Shown: positions 39,363-53,350 of the stretch, one piece after another
Position numbering within the stretch: position 1 is the stretch's first letter
Layout of the letters: each line of letters begins with the position of its first letter
NCBI RefSeq assembly: GCF_006345805.1
Contig: NC_043002.1
Span: forward strand, 51,398,001-51,462,000
Source of the DNA: Octopus sinensis
Taxonomy: Eukaryota
DNA length: 64,000 bases
Direction: 5' to 3'
Translations under genes and position numbers: made by a program
Notes under the pieces: model-generated
Told to the model about the DNA's origin: nothing
Seen by the model: only the letters and a program-made list of their open reading frames with translations
Database searches by the model: none

Positions 39363-42334
39363 TAGATATATATACACACATGCATACATACACACGCACA
39401 TACATACAAACATAAATACATACATACACACATACATAATACATACATACATACATACATAATACATACATACATACATACATACACACATACATACATA
39501 CATACATACATTCATACATACATACATACATACATACATACATACATACATACATACATACATGATGTGCATGAACACATACATACGTGCGTACACGTTT
39601 AAGCCTGATTACAGAATTAGATGATGGCAAAGATTGGCAGAACTGGCAGATAGATAGATTGATAGATAGACAGACTGTCAGGAAGGGAAAAAGAGGGAGA
39701 AAGATGAAGAGATCGGAAGGAAAGGTTGCTTATATTAAGCATCTATGCATATCAATGAATTGCTTCAGAACTCTAATCAAATATAATGTAAAATAGGTGG
39801 AGAAATGCTTTTCTGTATTGTTTTCGTTTTGGTTTTTGTTTTTCTATTGTCTCCTCCAATTAAGATTATCACATGATTTTTTAGAATATAATTTTAGGTT
39901 TTGAATTAGCATTTTGTTACATAGTTTTGTTTAGTTTTCTATCTTTTTTAAATTTATTACTATTTCTATTGCATTTAACCCCAGTTGTCTTTCTTTAGTT
40001 TCAACTATTGTTAAATTATACATGCAAACTTCCTCTTTTTGTTACGGTTTTAATTAATTATATTTTATCATTTTATGTAATTTAGTAAAATAAGGTCTTT
40101 TATCTCTTGTACTTTTAATGGTTCTCATTAAAGAAAACGAAGTTATATTTTAGCTTAGTCAGAAGAGGAATAGTCAGACTTGTAACTTTTGATTTGCCTT
40201 CTTTTTTCGTTTTTTTCTTTTAAGAATTCTAAGACTGGTAAGAACTGGTGAGAATGGTAGTGGGAATGAGAAGAGAAGTTATCTTGGGCCTACATGCTTG
40301 TAGGTGAGAGAACTGGCCACTGAAAGCAACCAATAACCAGGTGATGGTAATGAATTGATTTTATCACTCAAAAATTACTACAGTCAATGCCATACATTTT
40401 CACAATTTCTGTCTATCCAATTTACTCTCGAAGCTTGAATGAACATGAAGCAATCTTAACAGGAGCTCTGCCCTTATTCGCCTGACTAAAGATTAAAACA
40501 ACACAAACTTGGTTAGACCGCAACTGCTGTCACATATCAAAACTGAGCAACTTGTATGGAGTAATTTCACGTTAAGGAGCGGAACGTACAATTTCCTGCA
40601 ATACTGATCACCTCGTGATCCCAGCAGACATACCTGGGGCTATGGTAGAAAACACTTGCTAAAAATTCTGCATTTGGAGATTGAACTACTTATTTGCGAA
40701 GCGAACTTTTTAACAACATCGTTTCCAGTCACAAAGACTTATCGAAAATAAATTACATATTTCATTAACCACTATACATAGAATAGTTCATCAAAATGAG
40801 AGAAGTTAATCAGTAGATTCTACAGAACCGTTTGAAATATTAGACATGGTAGTCAAATTTCTTGTGATTCGTAAATTGATGTCTTTAAGAAAAGAAGAAT
40901 ATATTGAGATAATAAAAATAAAATGGGGTGGCTGGAATGCCTCAGTTTATATGCCTGCTCACTTGATTGGGATTTATCTGGGGTAAGCAAAAGTAATAAG
41001 AGCAAGAAGAAAAATGGGTTCGGGTCTAAGATGTGAAAGAAAGGTTCACAAAAGTATTCTCTGAAAACAGGAAACAAACAATCGCTCTTTTTTTTTTCTT
41101 TCATCAAAGAAATTCAGTTAACGAAACGGGAGAAATATATCAATAAAGTGTTAGATCTTTGAAAGAATAAGCAATTTGTAATTGGATTCTTTCTAGAAAC
41201 ATCCTTCTATCGTGTAGGTGGGGTGTTGGCCATTGACGACGGATAGCAAATTGACAAGAAAACAACAGTACATCGTAAAGTATCTCGATTTCTGTCAACA
41301 TATTTTCTCTTCGACCAATATCTGAGAACAAATAAAATAAAAGACAGTACATTCGAGAAAGTTTGCCTACTATCGGATTCGTACGTAACGGTTGCATAAT
41401 GCTGTGGAACTGTTTCACCGCGAGCCCGTTTTAATTTTCTGTTGTATTATCTGTCACTACACAGTATTAGAAGGAAGAAATGTTGACACGAGTATCTTCT
41501 GTTTAAACAACATAAAAGAAGCCTCTCCGTGGTCGCTCGACATATTTGAAATAACGACCATATCTCCTTCTACTCACTCCTTAACAAATGTTATGCTGCG
41601 TGTGTCCAGGATAATGGAGTAAAAAATAATTAGTAATCGCCAATTGAACATCTTTGATCATAAGTTCTGCTAGTTCAGTGCTGACCTGAGGTTAAACAAC
41701 AACAGCGACTTATGCATTCGAAATTGGCAATATTTTAATCTAAACCCTTGGCCATTCGAATAGTCGAGGCAAAATATTTTTCTGAGACCATCAAACTGAA
41801 ACCGTGTTTTATTATTTTCAGTAATTAATCGGGTCCGAATTCATAACATTTTTATGACAGAATCTCAAGAGAAATCTGAATTAAAACTCTTTATAAATCC
41901 AAAGAATCTGGAGAGAACATCAAAAATAAAGTTTGAATTTTGTGAAAATAAGCCCCTTTAGTTAAATAATTGAACTGATTGATGAAACTTACCAGGTATC
42001 AAAACCATTATTAGATATCAAAATAAATTTGCATAAATTTTATTTTACTTAAAGAAATTTGAATGTTTTGTCTTGATAAAAAAATGTCGTAGTTGCACCT
42101 TTATGGCATGTGACTTGATCTGAGATGAGACTAAAAGAAGTTTATCGTGAAGGTGTCATATCAGTGACTTAAGATACATGTATACTGTTATATCAGCTTT
42201 TGTTTGATTTTGCAGTTCCACTACGTGGCATCTTGAGTAGGTATTTACTATTATAGCATCCAGCCAATCAAGGCCTTATGAGTGCATTGGTAGACGGTAA
42301 CTGAAACAAAACCGCTGTATATGATATATATATG

Positions 42335-42441
<107 letters not shown>

Positions 42442-42538
42442 CGGGAAGCTTTATGAAAATAAACAAAAGACGAAGGCAGGTGGAAAACAAACGAACAATT
42501 GTATTAGTATGGCGCTCAGGAAATATAAATAAAACAAG

Positions 42539-42576
42539 TCTTTAACGTTTCGAGCCTACGCTCTTCAACAGAAAGA
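42539..42576 (-). ncRNA. Minimal hammerhead-like motif in the Penelope 3' repeat (A6U variant)
   Basis: Minus strand tcttt-CTGTTGA-a-gagc-gtag-gctc-GAAA-cg-TT-aaaga. Confidence 0.6.
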
Positions 42577-42759
42577 TACACAGAGAGAGAAAAACACAGA
42601 AAGAAGGAGAGAAAAAAAATGCGTGCAGTAGCTAACGAATCAACATGGCGGTCTGATTTCGGCCAGAGGTCAAAGATCAAACATGAGACGCGAGAGCGAA
42701 ATAAGGGGAGATAATAGGGTTGATAAAAGGGTTGAGGGACCAGCTAAAAGTGCGTGGGA

Positions 42760-43065
42760 GGGGTCTGGATGTGTGTATGTATAGGGTTGGTGTATGTATT
42801 AGTATGTATAAGGGTGTGTGTGTGTGTATGAGAGAGTATTAGTGCATAGGATTGGTCTGGACCTGCGTATGTATGGGGTTGGTGTATGTATTAGTATGTA
42901 TTAGTATGTATTAGTACGTATTGGTATGTATAGGTGTGTGTGTGTGAGAGAGTATAAGTGCGTATGCGGGGTCTGGACGTGTGTATGTATAGGGTTGGTG
43001 TAAGTATTAGTATGTACTAGTATGTATTAGTACGTATTAGTATATGTATTAGGTGGTGTGTATTA
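42760..43065. repeat. Three ~100-bp tandem units in the Penelope 3' region
   Basis: ggtctgga..tg.gtatgtat.gggttggtgta.gtattagtatgta at ~42760, ~42853 and ~42970. Confidence 0.85.
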
Positions 43066-46000
43066 GTATGGCACATCATATGTGATGTGATGTGTAAAGT
43101 CATGTGGTGTAGTGAGGAGAAGAGGGGGAGGGGATAAGAGGGGGGAGAGAAGGGGAGGGGAAGAAGAGGGGGAGGAGAAGGGGGAAGAGGAGAGGATGGG
43201 GAGAAGGAAGGGGAGAGAGGGAGCAGAGGGAAGGGGAAGAGGGAGGGAGAAAGAGGGAAGAAGGGAAGGGGAGTAGGGGTGAAAAGATGAAGGACTGAAG
43301 AAGTAGGGGTCGGGGGGAGAAAGGATAGGTGAGGAGGGGGGAGAGGGGGTTAGATGAGGAGGGGGGAGAGTTGAGACCAAATGGCGTATAAGAGCGAAGA
43401 GAGAAGATTAATTCCTGTTCACGGCGCAAACGGGAATCCGGATGGCCTCTGTGTAAGGACAAACCGAACACAGATAGGTGTTGCAAGGAGTGACCGGTGG
43501 AGCGGAAATGGCGTGAGACCGGTGTGTCGTTCGCAAGGTGGATGTCACGAAGGTGTTCCGCGAACCGGTCAGCCAAGCGGCGTCCCGTTTGTCCGATGTA
43601 CAAGGAATGCCAGAGAGAGCAAGAGATGCAATAGATAATATTGCTGGAGGTGCAGGTGAAGGAGTGGATGATGGGATAGGGTCGATGGTGGGTGCTAGTG
43701 AGGCGTGGTGGTGTTGGAGAGGTAAGGGCAAGTGCGGCAACGTGGGCGGGAGGAGGGGAACGAGCCGGGTGGGAGGTAGGGTCAGGGAAGGAGCTATGGA
43801 CCAAAAGGTCTCGAAGGTTGTGGGCTCGTTTGAAAGAGGGGAGGGGTCGGTTAGGGAAGAGGTGTGAAGTGGACGGGTCGGACTGGAGATGACGGAAAGC
43901 TCGAAGAATGGTGCGTTGGAGACGTAGGGTTGGGGGGTGTAAGTGAGGGGAAAAGGGAGGCGGGAGACTACAGGGCGGGTTCGGGGAGAGAGAGCAGATA
44001 CACGGTCCACGGACCGTGCTCTGGCAAGGGCGGTGTGGATAGTGGTGAGGGGGTATCCACGTAGGGTGAAGTGGTGAGCCATACGTTGAGACTGAGTCTC
44101 AAAGTCATGGTCGTCACTACAGAGCCTACGTAGACGGGGAATTGGGAATAGGGGATGGAAGCTTGGTGTGTTCTGGGTGGAGGAAGAGAAGTTGAGGTAT
44201 GAGTGTGAGTCTGTGTGTTTGTAGTGAATGGAGGTGGTAAGAGTGGAGTGAAGAATGCTAACCGAAATGTCGAGGAAGGAGACAGAGGTGTTGGAGATAG
44301 TGGAAGTGAAGTGGAGGGCTGGATGGAAAGATTGGACGAAAGAGAGGAAGGAATCTAGATGTTCGCGGGAGAGTGAGGTGGCACCGATAATGTCGTCAAT
44401 ATAACGACCATATAGTTCAGGAGTGGGACCAGTGAAATATATATATATATATATATATAGATATATATATATATATATATGATATATATATATATATATG
44501 CGTGTTGATCAGTCTCTCGGTTTAGCAGTACCACCTGGCTTCTTGGGTCCTTTTAGTAAAGTCCGCTGTTTCAAGCATTTCCAGAAGCATTCTCGGAAGC
44601 CCTGTAAATGGAGATGGGCGCTGCTTTCTCTCTTACCTAAAAGTTAAAAACATATCTAACACCTGAAGGATCACATAACCTTTTGACAAACTGCAAGCAA
44701 TCTATAGAAAGCTGCTGAGTTATTTTTTTACTCTGATGGAATAGTTTGACAATAACTGGGACAATAATGTGTATGCACGTGTGTGCGTATGCACGTGTGT
44801 GCGTATGCACGTGTGTGCGTATGCACGCACGCGTGCTTTTGTTTGTGTGTATGCGTTTGCATTTTTTTCTTTTACTAGTTTTACTCATTTGAGTGGTGCA
44901 ATGTCGAAAGATTGCATGCTGTAACTTTAATCTTGTGTTCGTTGGCCTCTCCTTACACTCTCGCACAGTTTTATTCCCTATTGCCCCCGACATACTCGCT
45001 TATTAATACTCACTGACCCTTATCACCTGCGTCCATTATGTTCAAAACTAAGGGACAAAAGAAAAGAGATATATTATATATTTAATCCATCACAAGGTCC
45101 AGCCCTTATTGTGGTGTGGTGGCTTCTATATTCCAATGCTCTTGAGAAGTATGCCAGCAGACCACAAGCTCCTGGTAGACCTTCCTATGCTAGACGGCCA
45201 AAAGATAGAGGCCAGACTAATATGGGCTATCTCTTCCCAGAGGTAAAAATAGATTAGCATAGAAACAACACCTCTAACTATGAAAAATAAATTTGCAGAA
45301 TCATCGATGGCGATTCAAAACAATCAAGACTTGAGAGAGGAGAAGACAACCCAGAGTGGAGAACTGTAACGAAATGTTGTGGAAGGCTGATACTCAGTAG
45401 GGATCGGAGGGTTCAATTACAAACAACAAATGTGTTTAATATATTATCCACAATCGCTCTGTGCGTTTAGAATTACTGTCATGTTACATATTTTTCCGGC
45501 ACTACCAAACCCTCAGTTGAAGCGAAATTTCTTTCTGGCGGAGGAGTAGTCTCGAAACATCAACCTTGTCTTTTTCCATACTGCACGGGAATATCATTGT
45601 ATAATTTTTGACGAAGCAAGTTCCTCCGGTTCCTTTCAATATTTACTTTTTTGCACTAGCTGGTTGATTTTTTTTATGTTAAGAAAATGTACTTGGGATC
45701 GATTCATTCGACTAAACTTTTTCAAGGTGGTGTCTCAGGATGGATGCAGTTTGAAACAAGTAAAAGATCAATTTTGGAATGCTTTTGATCATGTCTGCTC
45801 AATCGGAGCTGACCTGGACGTAAACAATAGCAATGGATCCTGTTATATTATAATGTTAGCATATTTAAAACACTTTATGTCTACATCTTCGATGAAGCGT
45901 TCAGCAAACTGGCGAACCTCCTAAATAACAGCCAAATCTCCCTCAAACTACACCTTTACAGCATAGATTTTTAAATTTATTTTTAAACAAAAAAGTTGAT

Positions 46001-46550
46001 TGCTGAAGCATGTACTGTCCTTAACCGTGGTTTGACTTACCACGTCAGATTTGGGTATGTCTAAACAAGAACAATAACAGCAAACGCTTAGATGATTAAG
46101 TTTTAAAAAAATAATAATACGCTTTTGACAACGAAATCACCAAAATTTTAGACAATAACCTTGAGATATTCTACTTCTGAGACAAGGACAATAAAAGCAA
46201 AAATATATTCAATGTAGTTTAATAAATTTAATCATTCAGAGAGACAGTTAAAATATGCAAAACATTTTCCTTTCTGAAGACCATAATGTAACCGTACCAA
46301 ATTATTGTTGTCAGAATTTCAACAAAAGAACATTGTTTCTTACATAAAATCAAGAGCTTTTGTTTTATTTCATTGTTATAAATTTTTAATTTTTTATTGT
46401 TTGTTTTGTTGTTAATTTTTTTCATTGTATTTCTTCTTTTTACTTTCTTGCTTCTGAGATTGGGCATACAGTCATGAAATGATGTAAAAATCATACACGT
46501 GATATTAAATGATATGAAATATATAACCGTGTATATACATGTGTAATATG

Positions 46551-46584
<34 letters not shown>

Positions 46585-46692
46585 CTGTATATACTCGAAT
46601 AATAGTCGATTTCATGTAAAAGTCGCCCCTCTGTTTGGGGCCAAAAAATTGGGAATTTTCCATAGACCCCGTATAAAAGTCAACCCTAGTAT
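46585..46692 (+). mobile_element. Tc2/pogo-like DNA transposon end
   Basis: TA-ctgtatatactcgaataatagtcga with repeated taaaagtc sub-terminal motifs resembles CCGTATATACTCG-type TIRs; the partner TIR was not found. Confidence 0.45.
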
Positions 46693-47350
46693 TTCACGAA
46701 CAACAGGACATCTGTGGGCCAAGGTGCCGTATTATCCTGTACATAGAAATAATACTGTTACAAAATTGTGTGACTACCTTACTGCAGCCTGCTCTATAGG
46801 TGGAATGCTTGGTGCTTAAAATGGAATACTCGGTGCTTATAGTAAAACACCATTTAATAGCGAGCAATACACAACTGTTGATGGGTACTATATTACCATT
46901 ACTAATATAGCAAGCCTGCATACATCTTGAAGCAAAATAAACACATGCGTCATACATCGTTGTTTACATGGTGAGAAATATGTTTCACAGATTGCACTAT
47001 TGGCGAACACTGGCAAACGCCACTGTCTGAATTCGTACAAAGGCATAACTTTGATAATCCTAAAAACATTCAATTAATCGCTGGATCAGTGGTTCTCATG
47101 TGACCGTTATATTTTCCTCATCTTCAAATAAAATAAATACTTGCGTCTTACGCTCGTCCGTTTACATGCTGAGAAACGTGTTTCACACACAGCACAATCG
47201 GCGAACACAGCAAACACCACTGTATGAATTCGTACAGAGGCATGACTTCGAAAGGCCTAAAAACATTGCTAGATGTATAATTGTAGTGTGTACATTTTAT
47301 TCCAACATAACCAGGTATCTCAACTTTGAGTACCTTATTCAACTGAATCT

Positions 47351-47421
<71 letters not shown>

Positions 47422-47440
47422 ATAATATAATAATAATAAT

Positions 47441-47885
47441 GACACACAGATAGAGAAATTAAGGCCAACAGACCAGATATAGTTGTCAGAGATCATGAAG
47501 AAAAAAATGCTTTCTAATTGATGTATCAATACCGGCAGATGACAATGTGTCTCTAAAAGAAATGGAGAAACTTTCAAAATACAAAGACCTGGAAATAGAG
47601 GTAACCAGAATGTGGAATCTAAAAACAGAAACAATTCCTATCATAGTAGGTGCATTAGGCATGATAAAAAAATATTCAGACAAATACATAACAAAAACAC
47701 CAGGACTTACAAACACATATAACATACAGAAAATTGCACTACTAGGCACTGCACACATCCTACGCAGAACACTTTCCATACAATAACCATCAGAGCATCA
47801 CAACAAATCACAGCACATACCTAAGGCACACAGAGCTGCGCTCGGTAGTGAAGTGAAAGTACGCTATAAAAATAAAACTACTGAA
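47441..47885 (+). mobile_element. 3' end of an R4/Dong-like LINE (restriction-like endonuclease) inserted in (TAA)n
   Basis: Open frame TDREIKANRPDIVV..KCFLIDVSIP...EKLSKYKDLEIEV.RMW..IPIIVGALG..IQKIALLGTAHILRR; (TAA)n on both sides. Confidence 0.92.
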
Positions 47886-47996
47886 TAATAATAATGATAA
47901 TAATAATAAAGAGAAAATAGAGAGGTAATTAATAAACGGTTTGCAGTCGTTTTCTCAGCATGGGGGAACTGAACACCTATTTCTTATACCTTTATC

Positions 47997-48195
47997 TTAT
48001 TTCTTTATTGCCCACAAGGGGCTAAACATAGAGGGGACAAACAAGGACAGACAAAGGGATTAAGTCGATTACATTGACCCCAGTATGTCACTGGTGCTTA
48101 ATGGTGAAAGGCAAAGTCAACCTCGACGGAATTTGAACTCAGAACGTTAAGCATTTCGCCCGGCGTGTTAATATTTCTGCCAGCTCGCTGCTTTA
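47997..48195 (-). mobile_element. SINE family C
   Basis: Reverse complement of 56190-56372. Confidence 0.85.
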
Positions 48196-48873
48196 ATGGT
48201 TAGAAATATTATAAATAGTAATATTCACCTGATAGCATCATTTATGCTTTAAACGTATACACATAAATAAGGATATATACCTTTTTGTAAACATCTGCAT
48301 GATAATTGATATACTTGTACATTTTTCATATAAAGCCACTGGCCATTCTGAGTTATTTCGCTCAGATCAGTTTGTTAAATTGATGTAAATGACCTATTCC
48401 ATCAATGATTTTTCTACTCATTTTATATATGTCTACGTACTTTGACTGTTGCAGATAGGTCAAGACAATAACTGAGCTGACGGTGCCAATCTAAGGCGGA
48501 AAAAAACATGTCCGAAACTGTTCCCTTTTCTCTAGGCAATATGCTTGTCCTTTTCCTTAATTCCATGGCCAACTTTGGGGAATTTTTGACCTTTGAATTA
48601 GTCTCTGCGACTCATATGAAGCTGAGATCAATTGCCATTCGGTTACTATAACACGTCCTAACGAGCCCGAGAAAATTTTAATAAATCAAATATTCCTGTT
48701 GTATCGTATTTGAGACACTTGTATACGTCTATGCAAGTGTCTGTAGACACATACATACATACATACATACATATATACATACATACATATATACATATAT
48801 ACATACATACGTACATACATGCATACATGAATGCATGCATACATACATACATGCATGCATGCATACATGAATA

Positions 48874-48937
<64 letters not shown>

Positions 48938-48999
48938 CATACATAAATATATACATACATATATATATACATACATACATACATACATACATACATACA

Positions 49000-49031
<32 letters not shown>

Positions 49032-49285
49032 CATACATATGTATAGGTGTGTGTGTATGTATACACACACACATATATATATATATGCATATAGCGGTTT
49101 GACAAAAGGGCACGATTGAGTAAGTATCACACTTTAAAAAAATAAATCTCGTGGTTGAATCGTTCGACTAAAATTTCTATAAGGCGGCACCCCAGCATGG
49201 CCGCAGTCCAGTTACTTAAACAAGTAAAAGATAAAAGATAACACACACACACAAATATGAATGCAATGTGTGCATGCATATATGC

Positions 49286-49327
<42 letters not shown>

Positions 49328-49418
49328 GTGTGTGTGAGAGAGAGAGTGTCTATGTATGTATGCATGTATGTACGTATTTATGTATGTATAGATATATATA
49401 TATATATATAGATTGATT

Positions 49419-49457
<39 letters not shown>

Positions 49458-49458
49458 G

Positions 49459-49524
<66 letters not shown>

Positions 49525-49632
49525 AAGATAGATAGATAGTGTCTAGCAGTGTGTCAATGAGAAAAAGACTATATATATATATTGAGAGATATATGCAGCC
49601 AACCAACCATACACACAAAACACACATGTATG

Positions 49633-49682
<50 letters not shown>

Positions 49683-49791
49683 ATATATATATATTTATAT
49701 ACATACATACATGAATGCCCTCACACACATGGGTATAGATGTACACAAACATGCATACACTCATACAGACATATGTATGTATGTATGTATG

Positions 49792-49822
<31 letters not shown>

Positions 49823-49996
49823 ACTTACATTCATACACATATATTCGCACATTTGATTGTGTGTCTATATGTATGTATTTATATACATATAGCTAGATGT
49901 ATTGATATTGACTTTCACAATCCCATAACATTTATACAATCACATGAAGATGCTTATGAACTCTCACCACACTCCGCTCCACAAACCACGCTCATA

Positions 49997-50039
<43 letters not shown>

Positions 50040-50911
50040 ACACACACTGAGATACAGACGGAGGTTTACAACCAATTAGTGTCTTCAAGTTATCACTGAT
50101 TTATTGCTGAGTTTATCATATGTCAGCCGACACGTCTAGCAGTGAGCTGTTACAGTCGTTTCCTCTATTTTACCGCCACTAACAGAGCTGCTACTGATGA
50201 ACTTCCACCACCACCACCACCACCGCCACCACCAACATTACTACCAATATTACCACCTATGCTAGAAGCAGTGATAGATATGACAACTTGGCTTGAAATG
50301 CTTCTATATACCTAAACACTTCCAAACCCTCACCGCAATCATCCTCGCTATCTCCATCGCACGGCTTTTTAAAGTCACTCTTTCTGTTGCTATCATTATT
50401 ATACTGTTGCTATCACTGTTTCACAAACTAGCAAATAAAGGTTGTTGTTGCTGTTGTTGCGGTTGCCTATTGTTGTTGGTGTTGTTGTTGTTGTTGTTGT
50501 TGTTGCAGCTGCTGTTGTCCGCGTTGTCATATATGTTTATGCATTGTCATCATAATATACATTGGAATCAGTATGTGGGTGTTGGGGAGTGGAGAAAAAG
50601 AGATATATGAAAGGAGAAATACGTGTATGAACACATGCACAGATAAACACACATGTATACATACACACATGCATACGTGCAAAGATACATATATACATAC
50701 ATACATATATACATACATACATACATACATACATACATAATTCGTTTTACAAATCATACTGTAGTCATAAATCAACAATTACAAATATTCATACATATAC
50801 GTACTTATATATATATATATATATATATATAGTGAGAATTTACAACTATATATACATACACATATATGTATGTATGTATATGTGTGTGTATATACATATA
50901 CATATATATAT

Positions 50912-50962
<51 letters not shown>

Positions 50963-50987
50963 TAGATATACATACAAATATATATGC

Positions 50988-51025
<38 letters not shown>

Positions 51026-51151
51026 ACATATATATATATATGTATATCAACATATGTTCACATGTAAGCACATAGGTGCAAAACAAGATGGAAAACAGTA
51101 ATTGAATACCAAAGGTAGAGAAAATTGATATTTTATTGAAGCAGAAAATAC

Positions 51152-51193
51152 GACTGTCTGATGATCGGTTACATGGACCTCTGAGTAACAGTT
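51152..51193 (+). ncRNA. Degenerate hammerhead (GAAA changed to GGAC) in an inverted Penelope-type terminal repeat
   Basis: gactgt-CTGATGA-tcggttacat-GGAC-ctctgag-TA-acagtt; 6-bp stem I. Confidence 0.5.
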
Positions 51194-51294
51194 GGTGAAA
51201 TCAACTTCAATAAGATACTCTATATATATGTATGTATGTATGTATGTATATACATATATATATATATATATTATATATATATATATAATATATA

Positions 51295-51332
<38 letters not shown>

Positions 51333-51344
51333 TATATATATTAT

Positions 51345-51835
51345 ATACATTGTATGATCACCAGAGTTGAAGAAACCATTGCCAGTCCAATGAAATTCGC
51401 TGATTCCTAGGATATCGATGTTTAATCGATTCATTTCTTTCTTGGTCGTGTCCAACTTCCCAATGTTCATCCCCCTTACGTTCCATGTTCCAATTTTCGT
51501 GAGTTTTGTGCCGCGCAGGGATCTCAGTTCGCTGGTGGCTACATCAGCAGGCAGGTGTCCAGAAGGTTTTGTCCCATCCGCGTCATCAATACCGCCTCTA
51601 CTATGATTATCCTTGTGCTCTTCCCCAGTAGCCAATGTGGGACCTCACAGCCCGGGGGTCCCACCGCTTGGTACCATCATATTAGAATTCTTACACTCTT
51701 GATTCATAGAGTATATTGGCCAAGATACTGGGGTAGGTGACCAGGTCTTTCCCCAGGCCAGAGCCGTTTAGCCAGCATACTTACCATATGCTGTTGCCAC
51801 CCTCAGCACCACGGTGAGGAGAACGGTTGGACTCA
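51345..51835 (-). mobile_element. RTE-clade LINE 5' fragment (AP-endonuclease N-terminus)
   Basis: KIGTWNVRGMNIGKL...LNIDILGISEFHWTGNG in ORF 51207..51635. Confidence 0.85.
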
Positions 51836-51937
51836 TATATATATGAGTGGCTGTGTGGTAAGTAGCTTGCATACCAAACACATGGTTCTGAGTTCATTCC
51901 CACTGTGTGGCACCTTCGGCAAGTGTCTTCTACTATT

Positions 51938-52285
51938 AAAGGGAGTATTCCTTTTGATGTGTTTCGGGTGGCATGAGCTAAACACAAGATAATGTTTCGA
52001 GTCCGTTGGTTTATGGTAAATGACAGTTATAATTTGGTTATTGACACTTTTTATCATAATATCTAAGAAAGGAAGCTGTACTTTGTTATATTCCATTGTA
52101 AATTGAATGTTAGGGTTGATATTACTTATTATTCATTTAAATTCCAAAAGTTTATCAATGGTCTCGTTTCAAATGATAAAGCAGTCATCCAGGTTTCGTT
52201 TCCAATTCTCCCTTATACAATGGTAAAATGGATATCCATATTTTTGCAGTGATACTTCATATATAGCGAATTCAAAATACCCCAC
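51938..52285 (-). mobile_element. Penelope-like RT fragment
   Basis: WKRNLDDCF, NPNIQFTME, LPFLDIMI, YHKPTDSKHYL.FSSCHPKHIK.NTP. Confidence 0.88.
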
Positions 52286-52788
52286 TGAAATTCTGATTCC
52301 GCTGAGATTAACGTTGGATTCCATTCTTTCGGGGTCTATGTAACTGACTTACCGACTTACCCTAAAATTGCTGGCTTTTTGCCAAAATTTGTAACCATTG
52401 TTTAACCCAAGTTGAACTGATCCAAGATGAAAGACGAATTTGTTGGAAAAGGCTGGGTGAAATGGAAGAAAATTGGCTTCAGTTCGACTAACTTAGACGT
52501 TCACATAGCTGGAGTCCATCCTAAATACCATGGAATTGACATGCTACTAGATCTAACTAGAAAAGAACGATAAAACAATTAAGGATGAGAAAGATTTTGG
52601 CAAGGCAAAAGAGAGGGGAAGACTACACTCAGAAATAGTACGGCCGTTGATAAAAAAATTAAGAACGAAAAAAGTATTTGCGAAAGACAGTGCAGGGAGA
52701 TGCCTGGCCGAAATTCATGGCTCTAAATAAGAGATTATTCGAACTAAATAAGATTAATCTAAATAAGAGGTTACTCACTCTCATGTGT

Positions 52789-53039
52789 GAGATTCTGTAC
52801 AATTGGTTGTGGTACATCATTCGATGCAGATGTGCCTCGTCAGGTAACTTTTCAAAAGATACTTCACTCATTCTAAATCATGATCTTCCATGTATACCAC
52901 CAGCCACAGACAAATAACAAAATGTATTATAATCGAAATAAACGAAATCGCGTTTCATGAGCATAGTACCTTTTGAAACGTCAGCTGACGAGGCACATCT
53001 GCACCGAATGATGCACCACAACCAGTTGTACGGAATCTC
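52789..53039. repeat. Inverted repeat with ~75-bp arms and a ~100-bp spacer
   Basis: 52789-52863 versus 52965-53039, about 8 mismatches. Confidence 0.9.
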
Positions 53040-53082
53040 GCCCGCCTGTGTATACGTATATACGTGTATGTATGTGTCGAGA

Positions 53083-53350
53083 GCGCATGGCCTAGTAGTT
53101 GTAGTGTTACACTCACGATCGCAAGATTGCGGTTTCAGTTCCAGGACTGAGTGGTGTGTTGTGTTCCTAAGCAAAGTACTTCATTTCTCGTTGCTCTGCG
53201 ATCTCTTCGAAACCTGAGGTCTGGTACACCGTGCCTTGTTCGGGCAACGTTGATTTGGTGCAAGGAGTAAGCTAATATACAGCACAAACATTTGATCACT
53301 ATAAACAAATAATGTCTGTTGGTTGTTCGGCAAGTCTTTCTCTGACTACG
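53083..53350 (+). mobile_element. Diverged tRNA-headed SINE
   Basis: gcgcatggcctagtagtt...ggtttcagttcc...gtgttgtgttcctaagcaaag head resembles the 20882 and family A heads. Confidence 0.65.
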
